DNA of 49,748 nt, filler included, from Catajapyx aquilonaris (Eukaryota), in assembly GCA_000934665.2 (NCBI GenBank). It is 2 parts of 2 records of this genome, joined end to end, with 100 filler letters (N's around TTAATTAATTAA, not from the genome) between each part and the next. Parts side by side here need not be neighbours in the genome. Positions count along the whole stretch, not along the records: positions 24,930 to 49,748 come from KZ539354.1; 1 more part is not named here. One strand, 5' to 3'. Position 1 is the first letter of the stretch, and each line of letters begins with the position of its first letter. The notes under the pieces were generated by a model that saw only the letters and a program-made list of their open reading frames with translations, was not told the DNA's origin and did not search any database. Shown here one piece after another: positions 47,318-49,748 of this stretch. A program made the translations under genes and the position numbers.

Positions 47318-48409
47318 CAGCGGTTCCTCGACAATGCACGTCTGGCACCTCCCACTTTTCACATTTCCACAAACAACTCCTGGTTGCCAGATGGCAAAAG
47401 TGATGTTTTTGAAAGAATGTTGTTACTTTATAAAACAATGACATACAAAAGAGCATCATATCTTAATAGTCCGGGCCCTAAGAGCAAAAATCAGGCCTAA
47501 CCTTGCACTTTGTGATAAGAAGGTGCCACTTGGCACATATGTTCTCTAGGCCTATAGGTGCAATTCCAGAGTTGCAGGCAACTGATCGGCCCCTTAGGTC
47601 ACGAGTTATGCGGTGTTGCCAACATGGCCCGGGATGAGCTGAGCGTTTTTAACGTTGCATTTTGTGATAAGAAGGTACCACTTGGCACATATAGTATATG
47701 TTCCCTAGGTCTGCAGGAGTCGTTTGAGAGATGGCGGCACTTGATCGGCTCCTTAGGTCAGGAGTTATGCGGTGTTGTCAACCTGATCAGGGAAATAAGC
47801 GTTTTAACTCGGCACTTTGTGATAGGAAGGTGCCACTTGGCAGACATGTTCCCTAGGTGTATAGGATCCATTTGAGAGATGGCAGCACTTGATCCGCTCC
47901 TTAGGTCAGGAGTTATGCGGTGTTGCCAACCTGGTCCGGAACCTAAGCATAACCGCATAACTCGTGACCTAAGGGGCAGATCAGGTGCCGCCAACTCTCA
48001 AATGGAACCTCTAGGCCTGGGGAACATGCTTGCCAAAATCCCAAAATGCAAAGTTAAAAATGGTTCAAAATGCTTAGGTCCAGGACCAGGTTGGCAACAC
48101 CTCATAACTCCTGACCTAAGGAGCCGATCAAGTGCCGCCATGTCTCAAACGACTCCTACAGACCTAGGGAACATATGTGCCAAGTGGCACCTTCTTATCA
48201 CTAAGTGCAAGGTTAAGACGCTTAGAGCCCGGTCTATAATATGAATTGACATATGAAAAGCACAATCACCCTGAATATTTCCTTTGCTGATGTAATGTTT
48301 TAAATCAGATAAGTTTCGCTTCACATAATACCCTCACTTTCTCCTTGGAGCATTGTTGGATATTTGAGAAGTGGGAGGTGCCAGATGTGCATTCTCGGGG
48401 AAACCGCTG
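47318..48409. mobile_element. hAT (Charlie-like) MITE hosting a nested element
   Basis: CAGCGGTTCCTCGACAATGCACGTCTGGCACCTCCCACTT / AAGTGGGAGGTGCCAGATGTGCATTCTCGGGGAAACCGCTG; degenerate 8-bp flanks ACTATAGG and GTTATAGC. Confidence 0.65.
47467..48236. mobile_element. Academ-like non-autonomous element with tandem and inverted ~150-bp internal units
   Basis: TAA|TAGTCCGGGCCCTAAG ... CTTAGAGCCCGGTCTA|TAA (TAG start, 3-bp TSD). Three direct and two inverted copies of GTGATAAGAAGGTGCCACTTGGCACATATGTTC...CCTTAGGTCAGGAGTTATGCGGTGTTGCCAAC. Confidence 0.65.
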
Positions 48410-48954
48410 GTTATAGCACTTGCCATGAGACAATTTCGAAAGCAAAGAGCACTTCATGGTCAGTCATGTACTCTGCTACTGTTAAGTGTCAAATGGTGGT
48501 GGCTTTAATTTAGAAAATGTCTACCATTATTGCATCATGTCACATGCATTATATGAGTGTGTTTTCTTGAAGGATTAACTTGCTCATACACTGTGTGGCA
48601 AACCGAAATAACTTTCTCGTTGTTACAAGTCCCTACTACGTACATGTATTATCCGTTATCTCACTTAAAGCAGCATGCCGGTGTAGTAAAGGTCGACCAG
48701 TTTTTAGAAATTCACAATCTGGTGGCTATATCGGCATGCCTACGCAAGGTATGCTGGTATAAGGTGAGGTTTTCTTACGATCTCTATGAAAATTATTATT
48801 ACTCAAATGAATGTATTACACCATGTTCTACAGTACGGATACAGCCCAGGACACTTCTATTGCCTGACACATCCCATAAGATTGTTCACTAAGTTCAAAT
48901 ACGGCAACATTTTCCATTAAAAGTGGAAAGCTGCTAGAAGGGAAGCATACATAC

Positions 48955-49186
48955 CAGGATATTTCATACGTTTGGTTTGGATTTTATTATTATTTGAGTG
49001 ACGAGGCTTCTCAGACAAATTGATACCACTACGCAAAGTGATCCTCTGATTGCCAAAGAGATCTGCGACCAGCGAACTATTGATAGCAAAACGAAGGACT
49101 GAAGGAATTTGTCTGGATCCTTTGTAATGTTTAGGGGGTTCCCCTCTCAGAGCAGGCTGAATGTGAGATTGGTCACACTCTATGCC
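48955..49186 (-). CDS. Candidate upstream exon of the Dnmt3-like gene (linker-like, no recognisable domain)
   Basis: tctgttgcacag| ... |gtatgt; 232 nt open frame GIECDQSHIQPALRGEPPKHYKGSRQIPSVLRFAINSSLVADLFGNQRITLRSGINLSEKPRHSNNNKIQTKRMKYP(G), ending in phase 1 and so compatible with the 45650 acceptor. No homology recognised. Confidence 0.4.
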
Positions 49187-49640
49187 CTGTGCAACAGATG
49201 AACTTGCATAATATTCTCACAGCCCTGTACTTGCACATTTTTCACTGGAACATAATTATAGTACAGTATCAGATGCATTCCAAAAAATTTGACAAGGATA
49301 GAAATTATAGATATCTACCTCGGGTATTGCGGCATGCCGGCCACCCCCGGGTTATACTGGCATGCTGGTCGACCTTGTTTTATACCGGCATGCCTCTTTA
49401 ACCCCTTCGCTACCAGATATGCCCGAACCACACAGATTTCGGCTTACGCGTACTCCGAAGATACTGACAAGATATTTTACAAATAATAATAACCGCTATA
49501 CTTACTAGATCTGGGAAAACGCTGTGAATGTGTCTGGAACAATTTTACTTGTCTAGAAGTCACTGAATTAATTTCCAAAAAGGGGCTATAAAAACTCGAA
49601 ATTGGAGTACTGCCTACCAACTGTTAGGCTTATTTAATAA

Positions 49641-49748
49641 CTAGCAGCGGCACCCGTTCTTCGCACGGGGAAAAAAAGAGCGTGGATAATTACTCCGAAA
49701 TCTTCTCAGATCTCAGGCAATATTAAATGCAAAACTGCTCATTCCATT
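49641..49748 (-). mobile_element. Helitron-type 3' end running off the window
   Basis: Minus strand CCCGTGCGAAGAACGGG hairpin followed by TGCCGCTGCTAG|T. Confidence 0.7.

Overview
Eukaryotic (bilaterian, probably arthropod) genomic DNA made of two unrelated-looking contigs joined at 24830-24929 by an artificial N44-TTAATTAATTAA-N44 spacer. The left contig (1-24829) is CpG-rich and almost entirely intronic. It holds one 82-bp coding exon of a Musashi/Rbp6-type RRM gene (12719-12800, +) among many MITEs, tandem repeats and motif arrays. The right contig (24930-49748) is visibly CpG-depleted and TE-dense: a frameshifted Helitron PIF1 helicase, several Helitron 3' ends, tRNA-SINEs with TSDs, a solo LTR, and Tc1/mariner, pogo/Tigger, piggyBac-, hAT- and Academ-like elements. 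It also carries the 3' part of a spliced minus-strand DNMT3-family gene (exons 45650-45426, 43612-43483, 37512-37062). That reading frame is intact, but the catalytic PC motif and several other methyltransferase residues are replaced, so it looks like a DNMT3L-like pseudo-enzyme in an invertebrate. This is the main finding. Most entries in the ORF track are spurious. All alignments to known proteins and repeats were done by eye from recalled sequences.
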